Shown piece after piece: positions 1 through 12,252 of a DNA stretch of 64,000 bases. Source of the DNA: Octopus sinensis (lineage: Eukaryota); the NCBI RefSeq assembly GCF_006345805.1, contig NC_043006.1:16926001-16990000 (forward strand), given 5' to 3'. Both the position numbers and the translations under genes were made by a program. A model generated the notes under the pieces. It saw only the letters and a program-made list of their open reading frames with translations. It ran no database searches and was not told the DNA's origin. The number at the start of each line of letters is the position of its first letter. Positions within the stretch are counted from its first letter, which is position 1.

Positions 1-404
1 TTTTATTAATATAGTGACTTTACCATAACACTACTCAAGATAACTTTGTACTTCATCCTCCAAGGGTTAATGAAAAAAGTACCAATTACGCACTTGATGT
101 CAATACAGTAGACCATACCACCCCACGTCATCAAATTTGTAGCCTTTTGTCTTTATCAGAAATGAATATATATATTATATGTGGATTGGCACATTTGGCA
201 GGATGACAAACAAAATGCCTTACAGGATTTAGTTGCTGTCTTTAACACATTAACCACCACTTGTACCATCAGTATTTCATTGTTTAACCTCACACAACAG
301 CCAGTAATAGGCCATGGTGGTTAATGTATTAAAACCCAAAAGATAATTCTATGTGACAGACCATGGGACCTATCATTGTTTACACCAACAGGGCCATGAT
401 CAAG

Positions 405-760
405 CACAAGAGCAATTTTTCTAAAATAAAGACCCCTTTCGGTCATGAATGACCATAGAATTGCACCTAGAAAGTTACCCTCCAAGGTACAACTCCGGGC
501 AAGGTTGTTTACGGAAGACCAGCAGTCACCCATGCATACTGGCTTCCCCTCTCCATGCCACCAGTGTTGTCCAAGGGAAAGGCCAATACAGCTTGGAATC
601 AGTGACATTGCAACTCATCTCTACACCTGAGTGAACTAGAGCAACATGAAACAAAGTGTCTTGCTCAAGAACACAACACACAGCCCAGTCCAGGAATCAA
701 ACTCACTAACTCACGATTGAGAGCCCAACTCTCTAACCACTGAGCCATGTGCCTTCACAA
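405..760 (-). mobile_element. tRNA-derived SINE (family also at 55455-55790)
   Basis: Minus strand starts with gtgaaggcacatggctcagtggttagag (A box) and gagtttgattcc (B box). A homologous copy lies at 55.5 kb. Confidence 0.7.
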
Positions 761-1039
761 TAGAATAGGTTTAGTTATTTGAATCAATTCTAGTAGCTTA
801 CTCATACTTATTTATATTGACCCAACTCTGAATGAGACAGGTGAGATTATCCTAACTGCTATGTATAGTATGAGATGTTGTTGCATTTTGTATATACCAT
901 TCTGTTGCGTACAGAATGAGGAATTCTCCCATTCTTTTCATAACATTCTCTTATGTACAGAATAATTATCTCGTGGCCTATGCCAGGGGCATAACCAGCC
1001 TACATATGTGTACCCTTTCTTTCTTTGAACACTAAAACT

Positions 1040-1616
1040 CTGCTTGCGAAGACCTGTGCAAGTGAAATCAAAATCAAAATTAAATTCAATAACTGGCATC
1101 CGTTCTAGCAGGGTGCAAAGAGCACCATACAAGTGTGATCATTGACAGAGCGGCTAACCGGCTTCAGTGCCAGTGGCACTTAAAAGGCACCATTCGAGTG
1201 TGATCGTTACCAGCGTCACCTTACTGGCACTCAAGCCCCATGCTAGTAGGGTATTAAGAGCACCACCCGAGCATGATCGTTGCCAGAGCAGCTATCTGAC
1301 CTCCATGCCAGTGGCATGTAAAAGACACCATTCGAGCGTGATCGTTACCAGCATCGCCTTACTGGCACCTGTGCCGGTGGCATGTGTAAAAGATTCAAGC
1401 GAGGTCGTTGCCAGTACCGCCTGACTGGCCCCATGCCGGTGGCACATAAAAGCACCCACTACACTCTCGGAGTGGTTGGCGTTAGGAAGGGCATCCAGCT
1501 GCAGAAACTATGCCAGATCAAGATTGAAGCCTGGTGCAGCCATCTGGTTCGCCAGCCTTCAGTCATACGTCCAACCCATGCTAGCATGGAAAGTGGACGT
1601 TAAACAATGATGATGA
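1040..1616 (+). mobile_element. (GAT)n-tailed retroposon with internal tandem units (family also at about 7510-7950, 11420-11712, 12765-13080, 18700-19040, 47040-47365, 56140-56530, 58835-59090)
   Basis: Shared 3' block gcacccactacactc…tggttggcgttaggaagggcatccagc…aacccatgctagcatggaaag…gttaaacgatgatg recurs throughout the window. Confidence 0.75.
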
Positions 1617-2830
1617 ATTATGTACAGTATGGTTAAAATACTCATTCTCTCATTCTGTACACAACATTATATAGAGAATGAAGTGTATAATAGACAACAA
1701 CAATAGGATAGTAGAATGCTATGCAAAGAATGAGAGAACACTTCATTCTGTACATAACATTCTCTTGTGTACAGAAGGCGGTGTGTAACTTTAACAACAA
1801 TAATTAATAAAAAAAATCAACAGCTAGCAATTTTCTGTCTCAACATATTAACTAACCTTAAAGCTTGTACATACTTTTTTTAAATAGGACAGTAATCAAT
1901 AAAACAAAAGACACTTTGAAAGGCTTATGAAATTGTCAAGATTTAACTAATACACGAGGATTAGAATGCACGAGTCACAGCTGGCTGAATGGATAGAACA
2001 AAAATTGACTAATTGATTGATTGAATGTTTCCATAGCTTCCAAAACAATCATCAAAGAATGTTCTTGATGTGTTTGAGTAGCTATTTTTTCCCCTTGTAG
2101 ACAGCATGTGTTTTATGAATGGAATCAGCAAGAATGAAATGACTGTGGAGAAAAGATGCAACTATGAAGGTTTCAATCAGAAGTCCAGCACTTTGTCAAC
2201 TTATTCTGCTACTACTTCCTTGACAAGCATAACTCACAATTAAGTTTTCTTACTAATTATGACAGCACCAAGTTTACTATCTATCTTTCAAGCAGTAAGC
2301 ATCCTTGGATATTCCCACCACTGTCATTCTCTTTAAGTTTCCATGTAATTAAGTGTTCATTCATTAACAGGGAGAGAGAGAGGCAGGAGGCAGGCAGAAA
2401 CAGTAAAGGATGGGACAAAATATGTTGACATGTTTCTTTCGGCTTTATATTCTGAAATCAAATTCCAAGGTCAACTCTGCCGTTCATCCTTTTGGGGTTG
2501 ATAAAATAAGTACTAGTTAAGCATTGGGGTTGATATTATTAACTACCTCCACCCACCTCTCCCATCAAATTTCAGGGCTTTATACCAATAATAAAGACAT
2601 ATTAAAGATATACAGCCAAAATTGCAAAGATAATCTGGAACTCAACTGAGGAAAGAAAACTCCGAATGACCTGTCCTTGTTTTCTTTGTATCGTTTATCT
2701 GGATGTTTTGTTGTCCCTTTCTTGTATCGTTTATCTGGATGTTTTGCGCTCTAGTTCCATTTTGTATTCCCATGCTAGCCACTTGATATGATCAGTATTT
2801 TAAATAACAATCTTATCCTTATTTATATAA

Positions 2831-2863
<33 letters not shown>

Positions 2864-2864
<1 letters not shown>

Positions 2865-3290
2865 TAGCAGCATAGCCCGGCGTTGCCCAGATATGTAAGA
2901 GCCCCTAGTAGGCAACAACTAATCCCAATCTAGTCCTTTCCCTCTAGAGAACGAAGGCGCATGTGTAGGTTGCAATGTCTTCTCTTCACTCGAATACTTC
3001 TGTGTATACGATATTCCTAGCTGTCCCTTTGGGTGATAAAAAGGTTGAGTTGTGTCCCCTAGACAGAAAATGTGTTGCATATAAAAAGCTTAGATTCTCG
3101 ACCACATGTCGAATTTATCAATTTTTTTCAGAACTGGGGGAACTTTTCAAAATTTTCGCTGCGTTAGTTTTGAATTATGACATTGGGCTATATGTGTGTC
3201 AAGTTTCATCAGAATCGGTTGAAAGCCGTGGTCAGGGTGAGGGTACAACCTGACAGACACACAGACAGACAAACTGCCGTTTATATAGAT

Positions 3291-3293
<3 letters not shown>
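2864..3293 (-). mobile_element. Non-autonomous Helitron, copy 1 of a tandem pair
   Basis: Minus strand: A|TC…GC-rich hairpin (cccggcgttgcccag)…CTAG|T. 430 bp. Confidence 0.75.
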
Positions 3294-3339
<46 letters not shown>

Positions 3340-3340
3340 A

Positions 3341-3770
3341 CTAGCAGCATAGCCCGGCGTTGCCCAGATATGTAAGAGCCCCTAGTAGGCAACAACTAAT
3401 CCCAATCTAGTCCTTTCCCTCTAGAGAACGAAGGCGCATGTGTAGGTTGCAATGTCTTCTCTTCACTCGAATACTTCTGTGTATACGATATTCCTAGCTG
3501 TCCCTTTGGGTGATAAAAAGGTTGAGTTGTGTCCCCTAGACAGAAAATGTGTTGCATATAAAAAGCTTAGATTCTCGACCACATGTCGAATTTATCAATT
3601 TTTTTCAGAACTGGGGGAACTTTTCAAAATTTTCGCTGCGTTAGTTTTGAATTATGACATTGGGCTATATGTGTGTCAAGTTTCATCAGAATCGGTTGAA
3701 AGCCGTGGTCAGGGTGAGGGTACAACCTGACAGACACACAGACAGACAAACTGCCGTTTATATAGATAGA
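3341..3770 (-). mobile_element. Non-autonomous Helitron, copy 2 (apparently identical, period 477 bp)
   Basis: Same ends as copy 1. The ORF track gives an identical 92-aa translation for both copies. Confidence 0.75.
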
Positions 3771-3771
3771 T

Positions 3772-3814
<43 letters not shown>

Positions 3815-4640
3815 CAGTTATTTAGCTCTAACAGTGCTAAACAGTCACTAATGAGATTTGATAACACCAAAATATAACACGAGTTTCTAACAACTGCATT
3901 CCTGAACATAATTAATCATTATGTTAATAATTGTTCTGCTTACTTCAGGTGAGATATTAATTAATTAAAATTTCTTATCTCACTACATTAAGCAGGTTAG
4001 TATCCACTTTCCTATTTATAACTCTCAATAACTTTGTTTTCATTTAAGAAATCCTTAACAGACAAGGCCAAATTCTTGATAAACTAAATTTCATCTTCCA
4101 GTTCTTTAATTTAAACAACCCACTAAACTTTCTATATTCATTCTGAGTAATCTAGGGCCAAGATTTCAGTTACTACATTGGATAACAGTGACATCTATTT
4201 TCTTCCCATTGTCTTAATATGGTGAGTACTCCCTCTGATTAAAGGTTAGTTGTTAGCTTGATTTCTACTTCCTTGGTCTTTCATCTCTTGATATTGTTGC
4301 AGGGGCGACATAGTAACATAGAACATGTCATGCACATTTAAAATCCAGCAGAGCATAACCCTTTCCAGATCTAAACGCAGTTAATTTTTTCCAACGAGAA
4401 AGAAGTAGACCCTCAACTCCCACCCCCAGCACTGGACTAGGGTGCATTAATTATCAACCCTAAAAGAATAGAAAGCAAAGTTGACCATGGCAGGATTTGA
4501 ACTCAGCACTCAATAAGATGGAATGAATATTGCAAGCCTTTCTATCTCATATTCTAATGACTCTATCAACTTGGCCAACTAATAGGGTTTCTATTAAAAA
4601 ACAAAAATGTTCACATTCTTTGCAACCTTCAATAATTGTA

Positions 4641-5052
4641 GGATCTTTTCGGTTTGAACGGCAGTTTTTAACATAATTTCTAGGTAACTAAAAAATTTTA
4701 AACTTCATATACTGGTAGAATGTGTTTATAAAACATCTTTTTCTCTTGGCTTTATTGAGAAAATTCTATAGTTTGTAAGATAGTTTGTTGTTTTTTTTCT
4801 TCAATTTCTGCAATTTCAATCAATCAATGACATGTATTGAGGTAAAAAACATTCTGTGCCATATGAATATGTCCCTCGTTTAAGAAACAGATTGGGTTTA
4901 TTTACATTTGTGAAGAAAAAGAGATACCCTTCCTCCTACCCCTAACCCTAAAACAGATTGAAATGCAATAGATCGATACTAGGGTCATAATTATGGGTGA
5001 CAATTTCATATGACATCGCTAGAAAAAACTGCCGTTCAAACCGAAAAGATCC
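4641..5052. mobile_element. MITE with about 30-bp TIRs (GGATCTTTTCGGTTTGAACGGCAGTTTTT) and a perfect 8-bp TSD TAATTGTA
   Basis: TIRs and TSD (4633-4640 and 5053-5060) read directly. An 8-bp TSD fits hAT, P or Merlin; the superfamily is not resolved. Confidence 0.85.
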
Positions 5053-5302
5053 TAATTGTATTTATGCGCTCATATTCTCTACTGTATATTTTTTGAATGT
5101 GTATATTCAATGTAACCAACAATCTTCTGTAAACGTTTGAAAGGGTAAAAAATTTAAAGGTAGTTATCAACAACATCAAACTCTCTCCTAACTTTCACAC
5201 CAGTACTTTATTTGACACAACGTCAAAACAGACTGTGTTCAAAGAGTGTATTATGCATTTGGTTTTGGATAAATGAACTGAGCAAGAATAGAGTTAAATT
5301 AC

Positions 5303-5332
5303 CTGATTAATCCAAGAAGAAATGGTTCCTTG
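5303..5332 (-). CDS. Candidate 30-nt exon (QGTISSWINQ in phase 0); may instead be UTR
   Basis: Strong acceptor ctccttttatttttcag and donor CAG|gtaatt. Confidence 0.35.
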
Positions 5333-5903
5333 CTGAAAAATAAAAGGAGAGACACTGAGAAAGCATATTAGGTTTTGAAGTCCTCTGTAAATAAGTATGT
5401 GGCGATAGTTTGGGGAAAATGTTGCCTGAAAAAATTATTTTCAATTGTGACTATTGGAAATTACTAACTTTACTGATTGCTGTTGATGTGTTTAGCCCAA
5501 AGTTAGCTCTAAGTAGACCTATATCAAAAGGCATTCCAAACATGATCATCCTGTCTTTTTTTTATTTTTCAGACACAGTGATATGTACAGGCATGGTCAT
5601 GTATTGAAGAAGTTCATTTCCCAACCACAAAATTTCAGAGTTCAGTCACACTGCATAGGACCTTGGGCAAGTGTTTTCTACAATAGCTCTGAGCTGGCCA
5701 AAGCCTTGTGAGTAGATTTGGTAGATAGAAATTGAATGAAGCCCATTGTGTATATCTAGGTGTGTCTACATTTGTGTCTATGTTACTGCTTCCTTGCTTT
5801 GACATTGTGTAATACTCATAAATACGTGTCACTGTCACACAAGCAGTGTCCTTGATTTCCAATCTTCCATGAAAAAGTCTGATCAAGAGGAAATATTACC
5901 TTA

Positions 5904-6200
5904 TGTGGTGTTAGCGGTGTTATGGGCTGTGATGAGCTATGTGGTATTGGTGGAGAGGATGACTGATGAGGTGGGTGGAAGTAAGGCTTGCAGGGGCCGG
6001 TGGAAGAATGAAAGGGGCATGCGTGGGCAGGAAGCATGTGTGGTCAGCAAGCACATGTGGTCAGTTCCAGCACAGACAGCAGAGTGACAAGACATGTTGA
6101 ATTCGTGAGAGTGACCGCTGATTTTGCCGAGGTAAGGCCTTTTGTATTTCTTTCTCCCATTGCTTCTTTTTCTGTTGTCCTTTTCCTCCATCACACTACA
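5904..6200. mobile_element. Solo LTR (297 bp) inserted in a SINE
   Basis: TG…CA termini with an imperfect 10-bp inverted repeat (TGTGGTGTTA / TCACACTACA) and a 5-bp TSD CCTTA (5899-5903, 6201-6205). The host SINE sequence resumes after it. Confidence 0.75.
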
Positions 6201-8936
6201 CCTTACTTGGAAGTTAGGTGATGTTTGATGACAGAAAGGGAATTTGGCCATAGAAAATTCACCTTAACAAACTCCATCCAATTCAATCAGGCAAGGAAAA
6301 GTGAACATTAAAATGATGATGATGTATTAACTCTGGTGATCCATTTATCATGCTGAATTCTTAAAATTTTTAATTGCTAAACTCATATTAAAAACACCAT
6401 AAATCTGTTTAATGAATAAAATGGAGATATAGGTGCAGGTGTGGCAAGAAAGTTGCTTACCAACCACATGGTTCTAGGTTCAATCCCACAACATGGCACA
6501 TAGGGTAAGTGTCTTTCACTACAGTCTTTCACTCTTTGAGTTTTTTTTTTTTTTGGAGGACTGAGATTTTTTTATACCTATTTGTTTTTGTTGTTGTTGT
6601 TGTTGTTGTTGTTTTTTTACGAGGAGGTGGAAAGGTTATCGTGCCTTGCTTTGGTAGAGAATTTAATACGAATAAATTTGTCCTACAAAAACCTTCTGGA
6701 TACATTTGTTAGACAGAACCTGGAAGAACCCTGTCGTATGTGAGTGTGTGTGTGTGTGTGTGTGTGTGCGGTGTGTGTGAGTGAGTGTGTATGTGAGTTT
6801 GTGTCTTTCTGTTGTGGTATTGCATGATACTTGTAAAAGACACTTACTGTTATAGAAGCAGCAGTATCATTTATTTCCAATACACAGCATGAACATGTTT
6901 GGCCACAGAGAAATATCCCAACTTGGTTGGAAACAGGTGAGGGTTGGCCAAAGAAAGGGCATCTGGCCGTAGAAAATTTACCTCAAAGAAACTTCATCCA
7001 ACCCATGCAAGTATGGAAAAGTGGATGATGATGATGATGATAAACCATCAAATATAATTTGGTGCAGAAGCATTTCTCTTTGTGCCACAACTATAATGTA
7101 ATGTTTCCAATCACATTTGAAAATGATGACCACTTGACATTTTGCAATTCCCAACGAGTAAAAATTAACTTTCATCTCTTTTTCTTCAATTCCATTATTC
7201 TTTTATGATTTAAAGAAAACATTGTGAAACGCTTCAACAGATTTAATAAGATTAAATAGCAGTTCAATATTTTATAATTCTTGCTTTTGGACATTTGTGG
7301 TGAATAAATGTGTTCCATAAACAAACAACCCAGAAGGAATTAAATAAAAACTTCAAGTCTTTGAGCGAGGTGGGAGAGAGAGAGAGAGGGAGCAATGCAC
7401 TCCACAATTTCATAAACAAGAGTGAAAAATGAAAGAAAAAATGTTTTTTAATGAAGATAAGGTTTATCATGAATGGGAAATGAAACAAAATTATTACAAA
7501 ATGGCAGGGACTGTTAATTGTTGTTGTGGCCGATGCCAGCACTGCCTCGACTGGCTTCCGTGTCGGTGGCACGTAAAAAGCACTATCCGAATCGTGGCCG
7601 ATGCCAGCGCCGCCTCGACTGGCTTCCGTGCAGGTGGCACGTAAAAAGCACTATCCGAATCGTGGCCGAAGCCAGTGCTGCCTCGACTGGTTTCCGTGCA
7701 GGTGGCACGTAAAATGCACCAATCCGACCGTGGCCGATGCCAGCCTCGCCTGGCTCCAGTGCAGGTGGCACGTAAAAAGCACCCACTACACTCACGGAGT
7801 GGTTGGCGTTAGGAAGGGCATCCAGCTGTAGAAACATTGCCAGATAAGACCGGAGCCTGGGGCAGCCTTCTGGCTTCCCAGATCCCCGGTCGAACCGTCC
7901 AACCCATGCTAGCATGGAGAACGGACGTTAAACGATGATGATGATGATGCCAACAACAATGCTGATGACTACGACGATTGCAACAACAGCAATGATGATG
8001 ACAATGATCAGGTGGATTAACCTCACATCAAGTCAACCATAAATCAAGCAGACCTATGGTCAACAGCTTTCCAGCCATGATCATTTTGTCTCATTTTCCA
8101 GACATAATATATTTTGAACAACATCAATATAATCAATGTGCACTACCCTGTTTAAGTGAGTAGGATACAATCTGGCTGATATTTGGCTGCTATTTCTAGC
8201 AAGTCGAGTGACCATGTAGAGGCTTCCTCACTGGCTTACATCAGAAGATGATGATGTTGGTGATATTCCAATGGCATTTCTATGCAGTTTCTTTCCTTCT
8301 CAAGTCAAATTCTGAACTGGTTGTGACAAAATCATGTTCAGTTCATGGCATTCAGATCACGGACCAAGAGAATTCAAACTCACCATTCTAAACAAAATGA
8401 AACTTATAAATTTTACACTGCTACTGCTGATTACAACCACAAGCCTCTCCCTCTCCATCCACGTGGCATCTATCTATATCTAGATAGACAGCACCAGCGA
8501 GAATTAAGTACCTTGGCTATGTGCATAGCAATACAAACTGAAACTCTCTTCTGTTTATCTACTGCTCAAATTGAGATAGCCATAGGTGGCTTGTAATGGT
8601 AGTAGTGGCGGTGGTGGTTGTAGTTTTTGTTGTTGTTGTTGTTGTCATTGCTGAGAAATCCAGGCCACCACCTCTTATGAGGCAGAAACTGTAATATAGT
8701 ATTTAAGGTGAACATGTAATTACATTTTAGGACTGTGTGTATTTGATTGCCATTTGAAAAGTGGCAGAGGAAAATTTAGTCGTTACCTCATAAACTACAG
8801 CTGTTGCTGTTTTGATCCTAGCTAGCTCTACCTAAGTAGACTTATGATCAACAGCATCTCAGCTATGAGAAAAAAATCCTGGTTTCCCACACACACTTTT
8901 TTATTTTTACTTTTTTATGGTATCATATGTTTAGGA

Positions 8937-9776
8937 TATTTAAGGCGGTGAGCTGGCAGAAACGTTAGCACGCCGGGCGAAATGCTTAGTGGTATTTCTT
9001 CTGCCGCTACGTTCTGAGTTCAAATTCCGCCGAGGTCGACTTTGCCTTTCATCCTTTCAGAGTTGATTAAATAAGTACCAGTTACGCACTGGGGTCGATG
9101 TAATCGGCAGAAATGTTAGCACGCCGGGCGAAATGCTTAGAGGTATTTCGTCTGCCGCTACGTTCTGAGTTCAAATTCTGCTGAGGTCAACTTTGCCTTT
9201 CATCCTTTCGGAGTTGATTAAATAAGTACCAGTTACGCACTGGGGTCGATGTAATCGGCAGAAATGTTAGCATGCCGGGTAAATGCTTAGCAGTATTTCG
9301 TCTGCTGCTACGTTCTGAGTTCAAATTCCGCCGAGGTCGACTTTGCCTTTCATCCTTTCGGAGTTGATTAAATAAGTACCAGTTACGCACTGGGGTCGAT
9401 GTAATCGGCAGAAATGTTAGCATGCCGGGTAAATGCTTAGCAGTATTTCGTCTGCTGCTACGTTCTGAGTTCAAATTCCGCCGAGGTCGACTTTGCCTTT
9501 CATCCTTTCGGAGTTGATTAAATAAGTACCAGTTACGCACTGGGGTCGATGTAATCGGCAGAAATGTTAGCACGCCGGGCGAAATGCTTAGCGGTATTTT
9601 GTCTGCCGCTACATTCTGAGTTCAAATTCTGCTGAGGTCGACTTTGCCTTTCATCCTTTCGGGGTTGATTAAATAAGTACCAGTTACGCACTGGGATCGA
9701 TATAATCGACTTAATCCATTTGTCTGTCCTGGCTTGTCCCTTCTGTGTTTAGCCCCTTGTGGGTAGTAAAGAAATA
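8937..9776 (+). mobile_element. tRNA-derived SINE with an internal 150/151-bp unit repeated 5 times
   Basis: Units start at 8955, 9106, 9257, 9407 and 9557, each with a B box (gagttcaaattc). An 18-bp direct repeat GGTATCATATGTTTAGGA flanks the element at 8919-8936 and 9777-9794. Confidence 0.9.
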
Positions 9777-10050
9777 GGTATCATATGTTTAGGAGCATGT
9801 TATTTAATATGTCCTTATTTTAATGACACCTACTGTCAACTATATGAGCTGAGGGACACTTGGTTGCTGTTTCTCACAAATTGACAACCACATAGAGGTA
9901 CTTTTGTTGGTTTGTCTTTGTAGGCTGTTATTAGTATTGATGATGATGTAATGATGCAGAGCAGGATGATGGTTGTTGTGTTGGGTCTGGGCAGATATGT
10001 TGCACACAAATTTAGTTTTCTCTTTAATTTTAATTAGAAAATTGACTCAC

Positions 10051-10115
10051 TCCGAGATCCTTTGCTCGTCTTTTTCCTTGAATAACTTGTCCGGTTACAT
10101 CTTACTGTACGGATA
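10051..10115 (-). CDS. Candidate exon with three tandem AG acceptors (starts at 10115, 10104 or 10100)
   Basis: Acceptor tgttttgtgtcctttacag, donor GGA|gtgagt. Confidence 0.45.
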
Positions 10116-10297
10116 CTGTAAAGGACACAAAACAGATACATAAATATATATACTAATAATATATAGATAATAAAATTATAAACATCCCTAACAGCCATAT
10201 TTGATGTGATGTTAGCTGTGAATTTAGTTGTGATAAATACACGAAGAATAAATCTACATAAGGATATGTTTTTAGCCTTATGCATACAGGAATATAC

Positions 10298-10431
10298 CTT
10301 CTTCAAAATCCGCTTTTGTTTCCATAAGGAATATTCCACAACATGAGATATATTGTACACTGGTAAATCTGATTCCATATTGGTCCCTATCCATGACAAA
10401 GTTAATTGTTTCATTAAAATTGATACTGCAT
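10298..10431 (-). CDS. Candidate exon (CSINFNETINFVMDRDQYGIRFTSVQYISCCGIFLMETKADFEE; a second frame is also open)
   Basis: Acceptor gttcttcactttag, donor AAG|gtatat. 134 nt of unique, coding-like sequence. Confidence 0.55.
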
Positions 10432-10463
10432 CTAAAGTGAAGAACTCCTAAATCACATCTTAA

Positions 10464-10683
10464 CCCTTTTGTTACCAACCCGGCTGAAACCGGCTCTGGT
10501 TCTGAGTACTAATGTCTTGTTTTCATAAGTTTTAAATTAAAATCTTCCACCAAACCTTAGTCACAATTTATGTTCCTAACACTAGCTGAATGATAAATAA
10601 GTTATTTTACCAAATTCTTTGTTATATTTAAAGTAATTGAAAGAAACACAGAGCACCTCAAAATAAATACAGTAACGAAAGGG
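10464..10683. mobile_element. piggyBac-type MITE
   Basis: TTAA|CCCTTTTGTTAC…GTAACGAAAGGG|TTAA. Confidence 0.8.
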
Positions 10684-11019
10684 TTAAATATCAGCTTTAT
10701 GAAACCACTTCCTCTAAAAGCTCATATAAACAAATCATTTACACCTTAAAATTAAAACAGTAATTTAATATAAGTAGCTTTGGACACCAAATAAAGTATA
10801 AATGTATTTCTGTAGACCATAGACATGTGTAAATATAAAATAATGATGTAAGAGTCACACCTTTATTAAAACTAATTAGCATTTAGCATTTGTCCCCTAA
10901 TATTACCCAATATTGGTGAAGAATACTCATTGCAAATTGAAATTTTATCTTTTTTCTTTTTTTTTTGCTGCATTATTACAAATCTGAGAGCTATAAATCT
11001 GGATACTGGCAACATTTAC

Positions 11020-11097
11020 AGTTTTGTATTTAGTAAAGATTTTAAATCAATATCATGAATGATATAAGCAGCTCCTACCACTTTCTGCAATAGCTTA
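11020..11097 (-). CDS. Candidate exon (KLLQKVVGAAYIIHDIDLKSLLNTK)
   Basis: Acceptor tatttttcatatattcatag, donor CT|gtaaat. 78 nt, single open frame, phase 2 to 2. Confidence 0.5.
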
Positions 11098-12252
11098 CTA
11101 TGAATATATGAAAAATAGTTACCAGCAAAGGTTCTTTATTTGATGAAAAAAAATGAAGAGATAATTATATTGTAAACAAGCAAATAGAAAGTTTTTATGT
11201 CTTATTTGTAAAGATTTGGTCTGGTTCCAGTCAATTCTTGAACATTGTTATTACATGACTAAGCACAAAGAATTTTTTTAAACTTGCTAGATTTTACATT
11301 TAGACATTTTTTTTTTTTTCCATTTACTTATTTCAGTCCTTACTGCAGCCTTGCTGGGACACCACCTTCAAGGATTTAAATCAAATGAATTGACCTCAGG
11401 ATTTATATTTTTCAAAAAAACACCATTCGAGCGTGATCGTTACCAGCATCGCCTTACTGACACCCGTGCCGGTGGCATGTGTAAAAGATTCGAAGCAGGT
11501 CGTTGCCAGTGCCGCCTGACTGGCCCTGTGACCGTGGCACATAAAAGCACCCACTACACTCTCGGAGTGGTTGGCATCCAGGAAAGGCATCCAGCTGTAA
11601 AAATTCTGTCAGATCAAGATTGGAGCCTGGTGCAGCCTCCTGGTTCGCCAGCCCTCCATCAAAATCGTCCAACCCATGCTAGCATGGAAAGCAGACGTTA
11701 AACGATGATGATCTCATTTACCAAACTCCTAAGTTACAAAGATGTAATCAAACCAATGCCAGTTGTCAAGCAGTGGTGGGGGTACAAACAACACACACAC
11801 ACAAGTAGCTTAAATTCTGCATTATTTTGAAGGATTTTTTGCATTTTGCGTTAATGCAGGCATGTAAATAATTTATTTATTATTACATGTAATAAAATAC
11901 ATTATTTACCTGTTTTTAAGTTACAAAACAATTTGTCATGATTGAAAGAAACATGGAGCATCTCAAAATAAATACAGTAACAAAAGGGTTAAAGGAACAA
12001 ATTGGGCTCTGATTTGGTTATTTGGTCAATATTAAAACATAAATTAGAATCATTAGTGGAGTATATGGTGCATAATGTTTCAAACTTTTGGATCAGATTA
12101 AAATGCAGTTTTGAGATTTACAAACTCATGAGCACAAGCTACCAGACTATGAAGAAGCAGAAATCCTTTTGATCAGATGCTAGAAGAAACTTCCAATTCC
12201 TTGCTTCTCGGTTAATTATTATTTAGGACAATATTTTGATATCCAAATGTAA

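Noticed and set aside
40-160. Exon-like minus-strand segment (QKATNLMTWGGMVYCIDI)
   Set aside because: It aligns by eye to a decayed copy of the SINE family seen at 8.9 kb (aagtaccaattacgcac…), and the acceptor is poor.
2101-2243. Plus-strand terminal-exon-like ORF after a strong acceptor; similar isolated candidates at 4156-4221, 14271 onward, 22381-22417 and 23008-23060
   Set aside because: No homology and no consistent exon chain; they cannot be supported without RNA data.
9187-9573. 128-aa repetitive ORF
   Set aside because: Antisense read-through of the 150-bp SINE units.
8955-9710. CRISPR-like periodicity (also at 7518-7790 and 51655-51795)
   Set aside because: The units are contiguous tandem repeats with no unique spacers, the DNA is eukaryotic, and there are no cas genes.
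10110-10267. Possible U12 AT-AC intron (ATATCCTT at 10267, TCCTTTAC near 10120)
   Set aside because: The combinations I tried gave early stops or lacked a properly spaced branch site; a canonical GT-AG intron fits.
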